Source of the DNA: Anthoceros angustus
Lineage: Eukaryota; Plantae; Anthocerotophyta
Reading direction: 5' to 3'
NCBI GenBank assembly: GCA_010909165.1
Contig: MU008171.1
Coordinates: forward strand, 434,001-498,000
DNA: 64,000 bases
Each line of letters starts with the position of its first letter. Position 1 is the first letter of the stretch. The notes below the pieces were generated by a model that saw only the letters and a list, made by a program, of their open reading frames with translations, was not told the DNA's origin and searched no databases. Positions 49,164 to 62,643 of the stretch are shown here, in pieces. A program made the position numbers and the translations under genes.

Positions 49164-51239
49164 TTTTTAATATAGTCTCCATTTTTTTTTACTTTATCCG
49201 AGTAGGCTTCTTTCTTTGTACTTTGTACTTTGTACGTGGAAAAATTCCTGAAATCTTCCTCTAGTCCATACTACGGCCCATGGTCATGAACCATGAAACG
49301 CATCAACACATGCCCGTAAACCGGAACCTATATTTGAAGGCGAGAGAAAGTGTGATGGGGTCCATCTCCTTTGTGTAGAACGTTCAGCCGCTTCCCAATG
49401 TTGGAAACCGTGATGTCCATCGAAGCGTCTGGCCTGAGGATAGCAAAAGGAATTGCCATAATTGCGCATCCCACACTGCACACAAACTGCCCCTATTCAA
49501 TTAACCTAACTAGAGGCAACCTAATGACATTCGTCAGGAACTTCAGTTACATAGTCACCTACTGTACTTCCATTTTGGCTCGGCCATTAGGTCAACCGGA
49601 GCAACGGAAGTGTGTACTCGCGCCGTCTTCCACCTGCAACGTTTGTGTAACAGAAAAAAAAAACAAGGCGTGGTACTCGTTCTCTTCCTTGCCTTGTGCT
49701 CGACACTTTGAATCTAACCGTCTGCACTGAATTTGCATCTGTGCAGCGTGCTGGTACAAGCTGGGGCCTGATGAAACAGGTGCATGCAACAGAGAAAGAG
49801 GGTTGTAGACATCTGCAGCGCGTTGATTTAAAAGTGTGCTGATCTCAGCACTACAAGGTCGGTTGGTCGTCCAAGTTCATGTTGAGATGACACACCAGCT
49901 GTTTAGGTCCAGCACGAAGGACAGCAATCTCCAAGCTCCTCATCCCGCACTGCTTGGGTGGTGCTTCCTCAACAGCATCGTGTCCTCCTGCTGATGAAGC
50001 CTTTTATTTACGCGTTTCAAGTCCCAGCTGTGCGGAGGTGTAGGTTCATTACCCCTACACTGTGCCTCATAATCAAGTGCACTCTCTGAGGACAGTGCTG
50101 CCAAGGGTTTACTTCAAAAGCTCAATCCAGCTGCTAGTGCACATGAGTTTGGATTATTAGAACGGTGAAAGTGTTGCATGATGTCAAAGAAAACATCATG
50201 GATGGAGCGAAACTGTAAGTAATGTGGTATCAAGGCATTTATGCACGATTGGCTTTGGCTTGCAGTTGGGTGGACGAAGAGGTATTGATGACCCATATGG
50301 CGAGTTTCTCATCGATGAAAATAGGGCATTGCAAAGGGTACTCTTCCTTCCGTTGGCACAACTGTGCTTATGCTAGTGAAAGACCTGACTAGCAATTCAT
50401 TCCTGGAGAGCTTGAGCCAGGATTACAATGCAGCATTCTGGCAACAGCGGTATAGCCTGAGATAAGTGTCCACATTCACGAGGGCATTCAAGTATTCTCC
50501 AGTTGTCAAGTTGGTGTCAGCTGCGCTACTGAGGAAACCAGGACAGCAGATAGGCAAGATTTCCTGTTGTCGTTAGACTTCTGAGTCTTGGAATTGGTTG
50601 CTCTGGCCCTGGCGACAATTTAGCAAGCATGGAACACACAATGGTTTCACGCTTTGCTTACAGATTCCTCCCCAAAAGATATCTCGACCTCAGGTACACA
50701 TTTGAAACGCGTCCATGTGTACGGCCTACAATTTTCCGAGTGCAGAGCTCCTCCAACTGACTGTTCATAAGGTAACAAACATCCATTCCTCATATCATCA
50801 TTCTGGTTGATTGTTTTACTTGACTCTATCTACCCTGCTCACGTAATTTTTCGGGCTCGGGGTATTTCTTGGGTGACAGTGAAGCTTAGTCAATGAGAAA
50901 CGGGCACCAGTGTCTACATTAGAAACGGTCCTTTATTCACAGAAGCACTCTGATCGAGAAGGGTTCAAAGAGGAGGGCGTTCACACCAGTAAATCCTGAG
51001 GAAATGCTATCTCCACAGACGAGAATTGCCACCTGATCATCTTTATTTGCATTACTTCGTAAAGTAGCTTGGAGTACGACAGGCTAAAAACCTAGAACGT
51101 ATCAACCTGACAAAAGATGTTTCCTACACCATGGACATTATTACAGACAAGGGTCCAAAGTAGGTGGTGCGTGGGAAGAAGCGAAACATTGTCGTATGAA
51201 CTTTACACACTTCCTTAGCTCATCCCACATTTGGGATGC

Positions 51240-54037
51240 TTAGCCATCCCAAGAAGTTGCAGGAGCCTGGCCACCCTCCTCGGTCGCTTGATACCTCTCT
51301 CTTGGATTGAAGGACCCCCTGTCAGTTTCGGAGGTCAATGGCTGAATACTGGCTAGCTCTTTTTGCAACACAGGGCCCCCACTGGCAGTGATTATCTTTT
51401 CTCCACCTACTCCCAAAAAGTCACGAGTTAATCTGTCACTTCCATCATCTGCCCCCTGGCTACCTCCAAGCCCAGGAAGAAGCTGCCCCCTCTTAGGCAT
51501 GGAACCCTGAAAAGCATGCTGTGGCCCTCCCAGACTATCACCCCCAGGCATCCTGTGTTGGGGAGGAATGATATTTGCCTGCGGAAGACCTGAGACAGTG
51601 GAGGACACACTAGAAGCCCCATACAGAGCTGAGGCTCCCATCCCTCCAGCACCAAAGAAAGAAGGTACACTTCCCATCAAAGGGCTCAACAAGCTCTGGG
51701 AGCTTATAGAGTCCCCACAGAACCCTTGGCTACTAAAACCACCATGACCCATGGATGACATGATTCCATGGGGGTTAGGCGCATGCTCGTTTGATCGTCT
51801 CAAGAGCTGAGGGCCAGGAGCTCCCGATGACATGTTTAACATCCCGCCAACCCTGGTCGGCTCTGGGCATGAAGTTTGCCAAAGTGCACCCAAGGCAACC
51901 GAATTCGACTCCGAACCACTCAAACCAAAGCCCCTCAATAGGGAGCTGTTGCTTGCAGTTGCCCCCATCTGAGCCGCTTTCTGTAACAGTGCAGTAGCAG
52001 ACATCTGAGAGGTAGACGATAGCTGCTGCGGGTTGAACATAGAAATAGGTACAACACTGGGAGCTCCACTACTGTTCGCTGATGACGAGCTGGTCGTCAT
52101 TCCTGCTGTTGAGGCCAGCGAGAGGGAAACAACGGCTGAATTGCGATCAGAGCGATTTTGACCCACCACAGAAAAATCAGGGAGCCCAGACATCCTGCCA
52201 CTTTGTGCAACTGTTTTGGTATCACCTTGCATGGGCAAACCAGCACCTGATGCAAACAGGTTTGCGAAAAGGCTGCCTGAACCTTCGGTAGTCAGTGGGA
52301 CGAGCCCACTACCTGCTGATCGTGCCGTCTGTGATAAGTCAACTGAGCTCATTGATGCTTCCCAATGCATCCCCTTGTGACTTGTTGGTAAGACGAAAGT
52401 AGCAGAATCAAGTGGGCTTAACTGAGATGGACCTCCACCCTGCTGTGCCTGAGGGCCTAGGAGCACACCAGGTGAACACGGAGGTCCTGGCCCTGGCCCT
52501 GGACCTAGCCATAGTGACAATCTTGTGCCTGAACCAGGAGCTGATGGGACAGTCCCTGGCACAACCTGGCCCCACCTGGGGTGCACTAATGAAAGTCCAC
52601 CTTCCCCAAGCCCAGGAATATTACTTGCAATTCCTGCTCTTGATGCTGGAGGTGGAAGAGAATCTATGGGGCCTCCGCCAGTCCGATTTGCCCCGCGTGG
52701 AGAAGAGGGAGCACCCATCAAAGACGTAGGCCCCCCTGAAGGACCTCCGATAATACCACTCTCAGGGCCTCCCCCTTGCTTACCCGCCGAGACTCTCGCA
52801 CTTTCCTCTGCCAAGGCATCACAAAAGGCCCGATGGGTGATGAAACTGTCCCTCCTGTGCATGCATGGAGAAGCATATTAAGGGCATGACTGTAAGCATT
52901 ATAGAACCTACCTATTTGCGCATTTGTGTTGAAACAAAGACTAGTCTAGAAGACAAAGACATACAGAGACACACAGTCAATCAAATCCGTTGCAAACTGT
53001 CTGAGAGAACATTGGTTCCAATGTTTCAAGGACCTAACCGGGAAAATAAGGTCCCACAATCACAACGATACTCTCGAGTGCCACAGGTCTTTGAATGAGC
53101 CTTCCAATCCGACTGAACAGCATAACGCTTCGAGCACTTATCACACTTCCACTTCTTCTCGCCATGCTTACGACAGAAGTGCTTTTTGATCCCAGTTAAA
53201 TCTCCAAGTGCTCGTGAAGGATCATGGTGCACACAGGTTGGCTCTGGGCAAATATATACTCTTTTTCGGATCTCCTTACTTGTACGTTGTCTCAGTTTCC
53301 ACGGAAGGTTGTGGCCACGCCTGTGGAGCTGAAGGTTCTGATCACGCTGAAATCCCTTATTGCATATTTCGCAAACAAACCTGTTTGTGGCCATCAGCGT
53401 CTTTGGGGAAAGGGCAATAACCTCTGCATCAGGGTCTGCAACCAAGACATAAGCTCAATGCAGGTTAATGAAGCTCAGAATAGCCTTTTAGACAAGAGGG
53501 AGGGAGCTCAGCTAACCAAGTCAATAGGGCTGTTAACTTGTCCAGCAGCCAGCATGGGCATCCTAGAAGTTGAGCTCACACAAGCCTGAGTACAGAATGC
53601 GCCAACAACCCTTGTCGCATGCACATCAATCGACTGGCAGTAGGATGAGGTGGCGTCTGCAAGGACTCTTATTATGATACTCTAGGAAACCAAAGTCCAA
53701 GACTAACTTGGGCACCAACAAGACCGAAAGCCCTTCAGTAGTCGACCTAGTATCACATGGACATATCTCCTTGGACCGACCTCCAACAGACCAGTCATTA
53801 GGGCATTATCAGACCGGACCATGCCAGGCATACAATGCCACAAACCTACGAACAAAGTATCCACACGTCCGCAAAAATGCTAGAGCAATGCGTACCTGGC
53901 GTGCCTGGCAGATTCCTCTTTCTTTTAACCGGCGGCTGAGAGTTGTTGCAGGCCACGGTCGCGGATGTGGATGGAGGCACACCCATGTTACCAGATGATA
54001 CGCTGGCTTCACCTGAGGCCGACGTTATGTTCGACAT
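51240..54037 (-). CDS. IDD: INDETERMINATE DOMAIN (IDD/BIRD) C2H2 zinc-finger transcription factor (3 exons: 54037-53896, 53435-53039, ~52854-51240)
   Basis: KRKRNLPGTP|DPDAEVIALSP, FVCEICNKGFQRDQNLQLHRRGHNLPW, CGTREYRCDCGTLFSR|RDSFITHRAFCDAL and C-terminal MSATALLQKAA and TRDFLG motifs. Confidence 0.96.
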
Positions 54038-57000
54038 TCTTGACCGCCCTTGGATTAATTTGTCCGGCCGGGCTTGCTCGAAAGTAGTACAGACGGCAGA
54101 AACAGTCTTGAGAAGGACTTGCCTAACAAACCGTAAAGGCAAGACTACCGGATCGCTGCCATCGAGTTGCGGATATGACACAGGTTGCACGCGTGCTCCC
54201 AGGATAAGCTTCCTATCTTGCCGTAATGTCAGAAGTCGAGGCCGCGGGAACCGCAGTGCTCGTAGACGGCTTCCCCCATTGCACGTACTTGGCAAGAAGC
54301 TTGGGTAGATCCCTGAAGCGACAGTCACCAAAATTGGAAAACCGCAATTTCTCCGGCAGGACAACATGAAAGGATCGTCACAATCCACATGGTCCACGAT
54401 TGGTAGCCGCTCTCGAGCTTTACGGCTCCACTGCAAACCCCCAACACGAACCCATCTGCTCGGGCCCTCAGTCCTTGAAGCTGCCAATACCACAGAAAAC
54501 AATCCTGAGGACGGGTGCATGATCAGACAGGAGGATCTACAGCCGACTCCCATCCAGATGACGCCAACCCTGGTGATCCTTCTCCGTCCCAGCACACTAT
54601 GCGCCTCATTCTCCCCTGCTCGATATTATTCTCCTACCTTCATTTGCTCTCCGGCACGAAAGGCCTCACTTGTTGTAGGTAGGCAAGCTCATTGTACGGT
54701 TGGTCCCGAAAGCCCTAAAACTTAACTCAATTGTGCATTGCGTATATTTGGTTTATACTTATGCTGGTCACCGAATGCAACACTCTAATTACTTATATGA
54801 ACAATGCACAATGGTTGATCTCAACCAACAATGGTCCTTCTTAAGGAATGATCTCTATCCTTGGGTCTATTGGAACTCCGCGGTCAAGCACCTTTAAGTT
54901 TGGATGGCATGTTATGCGTCCTGGGCCATAAAAAAACTCTACGGGGTCACCATTTGTAAGCATGTCTTATGGGGATATTCTGAATATATCTCGCTCTATT
55001 CTCATTAATTCTCAACTAACAATAGGTATCTAATATAAGGTGTGGTACATCTTCAATTTTTAAAGTGTGGTTTTGTTACGCTTAGCTTTAAGCTTTTCTC
55101 ATTGTTATTCGGATCTTCATTTTACACGCCTACTCTTTCGCATATGCAGCACCTAAACAACGGGTAGACCTAGATCTTGTGGAGTAGACTACTCATAGAG
55201 ATATTATTCTTGTGGCTAGAAGACCTGCCAACACTGACTAAAACCAAGAATTGGGGGCGTAGCATAACTTATAAACGCGATGCATTACTCCCCAAAAAAA
55301 AAGGCCGTACGGATTTGTCTCACCCTTGAAATAGGGCAGTAAGGCTTCATTTGACAAAAACGCGAAGATGTGATTGGTGCTTTGACCGAGTATTATGTTG
55401 ATTGAGGTAGTCGACAAAAGAATCACAACATCGTGGGCCGCACGTTGGCGGCCCCTTCCACTAGTTGTCACATACCCTTCTCGTGACTCAGTAGCTATAG
55501 TCACCTTTAACCCACCAGTTAGTTGGTAGAAAGAGCTGGCGATGTTGAAGGTCTTTAAGTATAGGGGAATGCAACCTAATCACCTCTTTCATCGCCTTAT
55601 CTTGAAGATATATGAGCCTTGGCAAAGGGCTCAAGAAGTACGCTGAGGCATGTTGATATGCATGACTCCATCTAGTCCTACTAACGCATGGTTCCAAAGC
55701 TAGAATATGCCTCGTTTTCTTTACTAAATAGTATTAGATGCATGTACAACATTGACGAAACTTGATAAGATGCATATTTTTCATATCTGCTAAGTATATG
55801 CACTTCATTCGGATTATGGGTTTGATGAGATACATCAATGTTAAGCACTTTTTCATGCCGAAAAACGATCAAATTGTATAGATAGGCAGAATGTTGAAAA
55901 ACAGCACAAAGTACAAAATGGAATTAAAATTCCTGAGGGTCTGAAGTTGGAACTCTAGAAGAAAGCTATCTCCTCGTCGTCATGCTCCAACAAGGCCTCG
56001 CTCTACAACACTGAGAAATATATTTGTTAAGCACTTGCATCCTTATGTACTTCATTTGGGTTACTAACTCAAATGTACCAGATACATTGTCTCATTTCAT
56101 ATATAACCTTGTTTCAGTAACGCATGTCCATTGCCCTCCGATGAACTTGAGTAGGTGCAATTATTCGAAACGGCACAAGAGCATGTACATCTTCATCAAC
56201 AACTTCGGCTCATGTAACTCTCATCAACAAGCCTAAGTATATGTTACAAGGTCTTTCCACCTTTGTATGATATTAGTAGGCGAATTTAGAAATAGAGCAA
56301 AGTTTTTCACGTCATTATGATCTTCGAGGTCTCCAGTAAAGAGTCATATAATACACGGCTTTATCCCATCTGAACATATTGAACGAGGGGTACTAAGGAT
56401 TCCATATCTCAGTTGAGATTCTTTTTCCAAACATTTGTCCTCTCATGGATAATAAATTATGGTTTATTTCAATTCTTTAGAACAAAAAAATATATATCAT
56501 CTTTATGTTATCCGATTTGTTATACATAAGTAGATTAACTTACTTTTTAGATAAAGGTCACATGTGATGCTTGATAAATACCCACAACAGATGCAGTAGC
56601 TGGGAGGGCTCTATAGGGGCAACAAAGAGCTAGGAAAAGCGCTCAATTGTGCGTATGTCATCACGACAGCAGCCTAAGTCTGGGCTCATTCAACCTTCCC
56701 CAACAGTATTGCAAGTAATGGCCGCCAAGCGTGTGAAAGGAATTTTTTTTTAAATACTAGACATTATGTGTTTCGAATTGATAAAAAATGCTATATCTGC
56801 ATACTCTATTCCGAAATCAAGTCCCTATTGCAAAATACGTGTTACCTCACATACAATGGTCATATGCATCTGGATGTGTCGGTATTGTTGATAAATGTAT
56901 TCAAGCAATGTTGTATGCTCTAATATCATATGCATCCCCCTTAAATGGCACATTTGCATGCATGAGCTGCAAACAATCGAGCATTTGCCTGTGCATGTAT

Positions 57001-59109
57001 CCGCTTCAGTAGAATACCAATCCTTGAGAGTAAAAGCACGTTCACTCATACTAGCCACAAGAAGTGGTCATGATGATGTCCTATTGTTATTATCAATATT
57101 TTTGTATATAAGCGGAAATCATTGGAGTTTGATCATTTTATATTGGTACAAATCCAACTATGTTTGCTGTTATAAAGACTTTATAATTTTTTTTCAGTGA
57201 AGAAAAATTTAGATTATATTTAAAACATATAGGATAATTATTTTGTAGATCAATGTTAGGCCTGACCAAAGCCCTACGCTAAGGTGCATGATGGGTGTTG
57301 ATGTGGAGCTCATCAGCAAAAAAAATTGAGAACACCTGCTCGATGTTCAAAATTCCTAAGTACTAGATTCAAGGGCCTAACAACCAGGTCCTCATCAACC
57401 AATTCTTCAATATGTTTCATAAGTTCATAACTTGAAGGTCATCCAGTCTCCAATTATGAATTTTTGGAACTTAAAGTACGATTGTAGTGTTGAATTTGTG
57501 CAGCTCAATGTTCCCCAAAAGCGGAATGCTAATGATTGTAGTGTACGTGTATATCTTATTTTTTGCCCAATATTGTTTTGCAAACGTGAAGTAATTTCTT
57601 AGTACATTGATGAGATACATTTGTTAAGCACTTTGCATCCTTATGTATTTCATTTGGGTTACTAATCCAAATAAAGCAATAGTATCGTGACAAATTCATG
57701 GGTATCTCCTGATGTTGAGCATAGGTTACATTAGCTGCACTGATAAGATGGTACCAAAAAAAAGGAAAGCAAACTACATACTTTTATTCATTTCGATTTT
57801 TAGCGAAACAGACTCTATATTTACAAGGGCAGAGAAAATTAATATTTATTTCAATTTTGGTGCTAAATAAATTTCTTATTATTACAGTGAGATGTCTTTT
57901 CAGAAACCTTGTCTCGAATCAAGTCGTTCCCTTATCGTAAGCTTACCAATTATAAGTAATAATAACTTTTATACTGTTGGAAATCGTGCAACACAAAAGT
58001 TGATGCGAGTGTTCATAACAATCTACGGCATATCCTAAACATATTGAAGAAAAAAAAGACTTAGATAGAAAGCGACTTAGAAAAAAAATTTAGCAGCCCA
58101 TTTTGGTGATAAACATCAACAACATGGACACTGAATTTTTAGTAAACCAATTAAAGTGAGACCCACTTGCATTAATCATTCTAACTAAAAGATGTTGAGC
58201 CTCTTCAGCATGGGAAAGGTTCCAACTTCTCTTATGCATGCATATGTCTTATTGTAATGTGTATCAGTAGAATTTGTGATTGGGTGGGAATCTACCGCTG
58301 AACATGATAATGCTCGAGGTTGCTTTAGTGCAATTTGTGCGATACTATTCTATGCAATTTGTGGCTACTTTAATGCAATTTGTGCAATGTTTTGTGTGCA
58401 CATTCTTCGGCTCATGCTTCTAATGACAAAATTGATTTGTAAGCTCCAATGTCCTATATCATAGAGTCATTGCTAAAGTTTTTGAAATTTGGAAAGTGCA
58501 CTAGAAAACATATAATTGGAATAGAGCAACTGAAACTTGTGAAGTGCAATATATTGAATCTCGTGGAACTAAGTAGGTTAAGGATGAATAGAGAATTGTA
58601 TACCTCCCCATCGATGATCTTTTTTTTAATATTCAATTTAAGTAATATTTAAAAATATGAATCTCATCAAAACAATCTCTCTTAAATTCGACCGTAAAGT
58701 TGTTCCCCACATCACAAAGCTTAAATACCTTGTTAGCGAAGTTGATGTTGATCACTCCAACCAAGAGAAGAGCATGTGAGGAATTCTACATCTACTTGCG
58801 CACCGTTCTATTCTTTTCTTGATAGGGAATGACCGATGACCTCGTTTGCTTCACTTGGTAGTCGACATCGCAAAGAAACTAAAATACAACAAAGGCACAA
58901 ATCGCATGACAAAACATTGCGCAACTAAAATCACATAAAACACCGCTACTACCTCAGAGAGTGCCTCAAGCTCCTTTGCCTCGACCAGGTCGAGTGGTCA
59001 TGGCAGGAGAATTGGCCGAGCACTGCACCAATGTATCTGAAATTTGTTGCATTCTCGTTTCCACTCCTCCAGTCTCACTAGTGGCACAAACATATTCTTA
59101 TCATGGATT

Positions 59110-62100
59110 TGGTGGCGAACTCTTTTCTTGGAAAACATAAAAATGTCAAAAGCAATCCACAGACCGTGGCCGCTCTTTGCAAGGAGAGGCTCACAACGTT
59201 TCTTTTCGCCACTGTAATACCTCTCTCTGCAAGGAGAGCTCACCACTTTTCTTTTAGCCATTGTAATACACTGGATGAATGCATCGTATCCAACCCAATT
59301 GGATTGAAAGAATCAAATAATTATAACATATATAAAAATAACTTTATTAAATGAAAAAAGATCCCAAAACACCTAATAAACTACCATGACGATATTTTTA
59401 GAGACTTAAGGGACTTTATAAAAAAATGAAAGTTCTCATCATGGCACAAAACTAAGCAACCAAACAAAGCTGTAGAAAAACAATGAGGAGACTACCAAGC
59501 CGGCCAAGGATCGACACAATTACTAACGAAAAAGAGAAACTATTCAATTACTGACAACCAACGAGTAAACTCTATTAGGGTGGGAGTCCAAGCTTCATGA
59601 CTAACACTATCCACATATAGCTTAAGCAGATCCTTAAAGTGAGCAACCTCGACAATGTTCACAACATCCCATATACTAGTGAACTCGGGCAGAAGTGTGG
59701 CTTAATCAATCAAACCTATGGAACAAATGTTTCACGTTCCACAATAGCTTCCCTAGGCAACAATTGACTGATAAATGAACATGTCATGGGTGAAAATAAA
59801 GTACTTTCCATGACCAGAGTTGGAAGTGTAAAATTCTAGCAACAGCTTTGTGTAGAAGAAGAGGAAGAATTTTATTTAAGTCCACTAAGGACGGATTTCC
59901 GTCATGGGACTTGGTACTTAACAACTTGTACCATGGTGTGCCTAAGCAACTTGCACCAAGGGCATCCACTCTCTGTAGGCACCCCATCTAAGTACCGATC
60001 CAAGCTCAGGATGCTTAGCTTTTAGGAGATGAACCACTCTTCTTCGTCTTCTCCACTTGTGCAGTAGAGAGAAAGGAGAGCGTGGTTCGCGTGAATGTGA
60101 AACACTAAAAGGGCTCCACATTGATGAGCGAGAGTCCCACAGATTGCATTTTTTTCTTTATTTGTTGCTTGCATTCATGCCCCCGGGTTCGGGCTCCCAA
60201 ATGGTGTGGTCATGCAGAGTACCTGGGAATCTTGCCATAGTCTGCTGTTAGACCCATCTTCCGAGAGCGGTCCCTGAACGATGGCCACAGTTGGGCAACC
60301 GGACCCGTTGTGGAGTACACAAATTGGTCTGCATACAGGGATTGTACGAGGAGCTCCCGGCACCTCATCTCAGGAGTGAACCTGGCAAACAAAGCCTCCA
60401 GGTGCAGCAGTGTAAGGAGCGCAGCACTTCAACTTCCGAGAAAATGTGTGGTTGGGGACGGGTTTTCCAGCCATGGTCGTTACCAGGAGCAGGAGCACTT
60501 GTGGCAACAATTATTTCTGGACCCGACGATGTGGTGGGACAACAGACGAGACAAGAAGAGCTCGCGTTGGCCTGACTTCCGGCGTAAGGGGTCCGGTGAG
60601 GTCCTGTGGTTAAACAAGTTTAAGCCAGCTTGGGTTGACGAGCAGCTCGTTTCCTTGGATATGCAGATGGGTGATGATGCCTCTCCTTCCAAGTCGAGCT
60701 CTCCGGATAATCCTGAACCTGGAAGGCGTGCGGAATCGGAAATGGGAATGGGATTCAGGTGCAGCAGTGTGAGGAGCGCAGCACTTCAACTTCCGAGAAA
60801 ATGTGTGGTTGGGGACGGGTTTTCCAGCCATGGTCGTTACCAGGAGCAGGAGCACTTGTGGCAACAATTTTTCTGGACCCTACCATGTGGTGGCGAACTC
60901 TTTTCTTGGAAAACATAAAATGTCAAAAGCAATCCCTGGGTAGTACGCTCTTTGCAAGGAGAGGCTCGCTTCTTTTCGCCATCGTAATACCTCTCTGCAA
61001 GGAGAGCTCACCACTTTCTTTTAGCCATTGTAATACCTTTGGATGAATGCATCGTATCCAACCCAATTGGATTGAAAGAATCAAATAATTATAACATATA
61101 TAAAAATAACTTTTATTAAATGAAAAAGATCCCAAAACACCTAATAAACTACCATGACGATATTTTTAGAGACTTAAGGGACTTTATAAAAAATGAAAGT
61201 TCTCATCATGGCACAAAACTAAGCAACCAAACAAAGTCAGAGAAAAACAATGAGGAGACTACCAAGCCAGGATCGACACAATTACTAACGAAAAGAGAAA
61301 CTATTCAATTATCGACAACCAACGAGTAAACTCTATTAGGTGGGAGTCCAAGCTTCATGACTAACACTATCCACATATAGCTTAAGCGGATCCTTAAAGT
61401 GAGCAACCTCGACAATGTTCACAACATCCCATATACTAGTGAACTCCGGAAGTGTGGCTTAATCAATCAAACCTATGGAACAAATGTTTCACGTTCCACA
61501 ATAGCTTCCTAGGCAACAATTGACTGATAAATGAACATGTCATGGGTGAAAATAAAGTACTTTCCATGACCAGAGTTGGAAGTGTAAAATTCTAGCAACA
61601 ATTTTGTGTAGAAGAAGAGGAAGAATTTTATTTAAGTCCACTAAGGACGGATTTCCGTCATGGGACTTGGTACTTAACAACTTGTACCATGGTGTGCCTA
61701 AGCAACTTGCACCAAGGGCATCCACTCTCTGTAGGCACCCCATCTAAGTACCGATCCAAGCTCAGGATGCTTAGCTTTTAGGAGATGAACCACTCTTCTT
61801 CGTCTTCTCCACTTGTGCAGTAGAGAAAGGAGGCGTGGTTCGCGTGAATGTGAAACACTAAAGGGCTCCACATTGATGAGCGAGAGTCCCACAGATTGCA
61901 TTTTTTCTTTATTTGTTGCTTGCATTCATGCCCCCGGGTTCGGGCTCCCAAATGGTGTGGTCATGCAGAGTACCTGGGAATCTTGCCATAGTCTGCTGTT
62001 AGACCCATCTTCCGAGAGCGGTCCCTGAACGATGGCCACAGTTGGGCAACCGGACCCGTTGTGGAGTACACAAATTGGTCTGCATACAGGGATTGTACGA

Positions 62101-62643
62101 GGAGCTCCCGGGCACCTCATCTCAGGGAGTGAACCCCTGGCAAACAAAGCCTCCAGGTGCAGCAGTGTAAGGAGCGCAGCACTTCAACTTCCGAGAAAAT
62201 GTGTGGTTGGGGACGGGTTTTCCAGCCATGGTCGTTACCAGGAGCAGGAGCACTTGTGGCAACAATTATTTCTGGACCCGACGATGTGGTGGGACAACAG
62301 ACGAGATAAGAAGAGCTCCCGTTCGCCTGACTTCCGGCGTAAGGGGTCCGGCGAGGTCCTGTGGTTAAACAACATGTTTAAGCCAGCTTGGGTTGATGAG
62401 CAGCTCGTTTCCTTGGATATGCAGATGGGTCATGGTGCCTCTCCTTCCAAGTCGAGCTCTCCGGATAATCCTGAACCTGGAAGGCGTGCGGAATCGGAAA
62501 TGGGAATGGGATTCAGGTGCAGCAGTGTGAGGAGCCCACTTCCCCTTCCGAGAAACTGTGTGGGTGGGGACGGGTTTTCCAACGATGGTCGTCGCCAGGA
62601 GCAGGAGCACTTGTGGCAACAATTTTTTCTGGAGCCTACCATG
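59110..62643. repeat. Tandem duplication of a ~1.77 kb unit (59110-60887 and 60888-62643) covering the PPR gene upstream region and first PDF motif
   Basis: Copies are near-identical and differ largely by homopolymer indels. The junction has TGGTGG microhomology (59110, 60888, 62644). Confidence 0.9.
60281..60893 (+). pseudogene. Truncated, frameshifted duplicate of the PDF-PPR gene 5' end (or assembly duplicate)
   Basis: The ATG at 60281 reaches a stop early. The PDF motif lies in another frame and the copy breaks inside the second repeat at the duplication junction. Confidence 0.55.

Noticed and set aside
49700-50900. GC-moderate stretch downstream of the IDD gene as a hidden gene
   Set aside because: Only short ORFs, with no recognisable domain or consistent splice pattern.
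59400-59990. Possible L1-type RT tail (RYLDGVP, WYKLLS) on the minus strand, repeated in the second copy
   Set aside because: The similarity is too weak and fragmented to call by eye.
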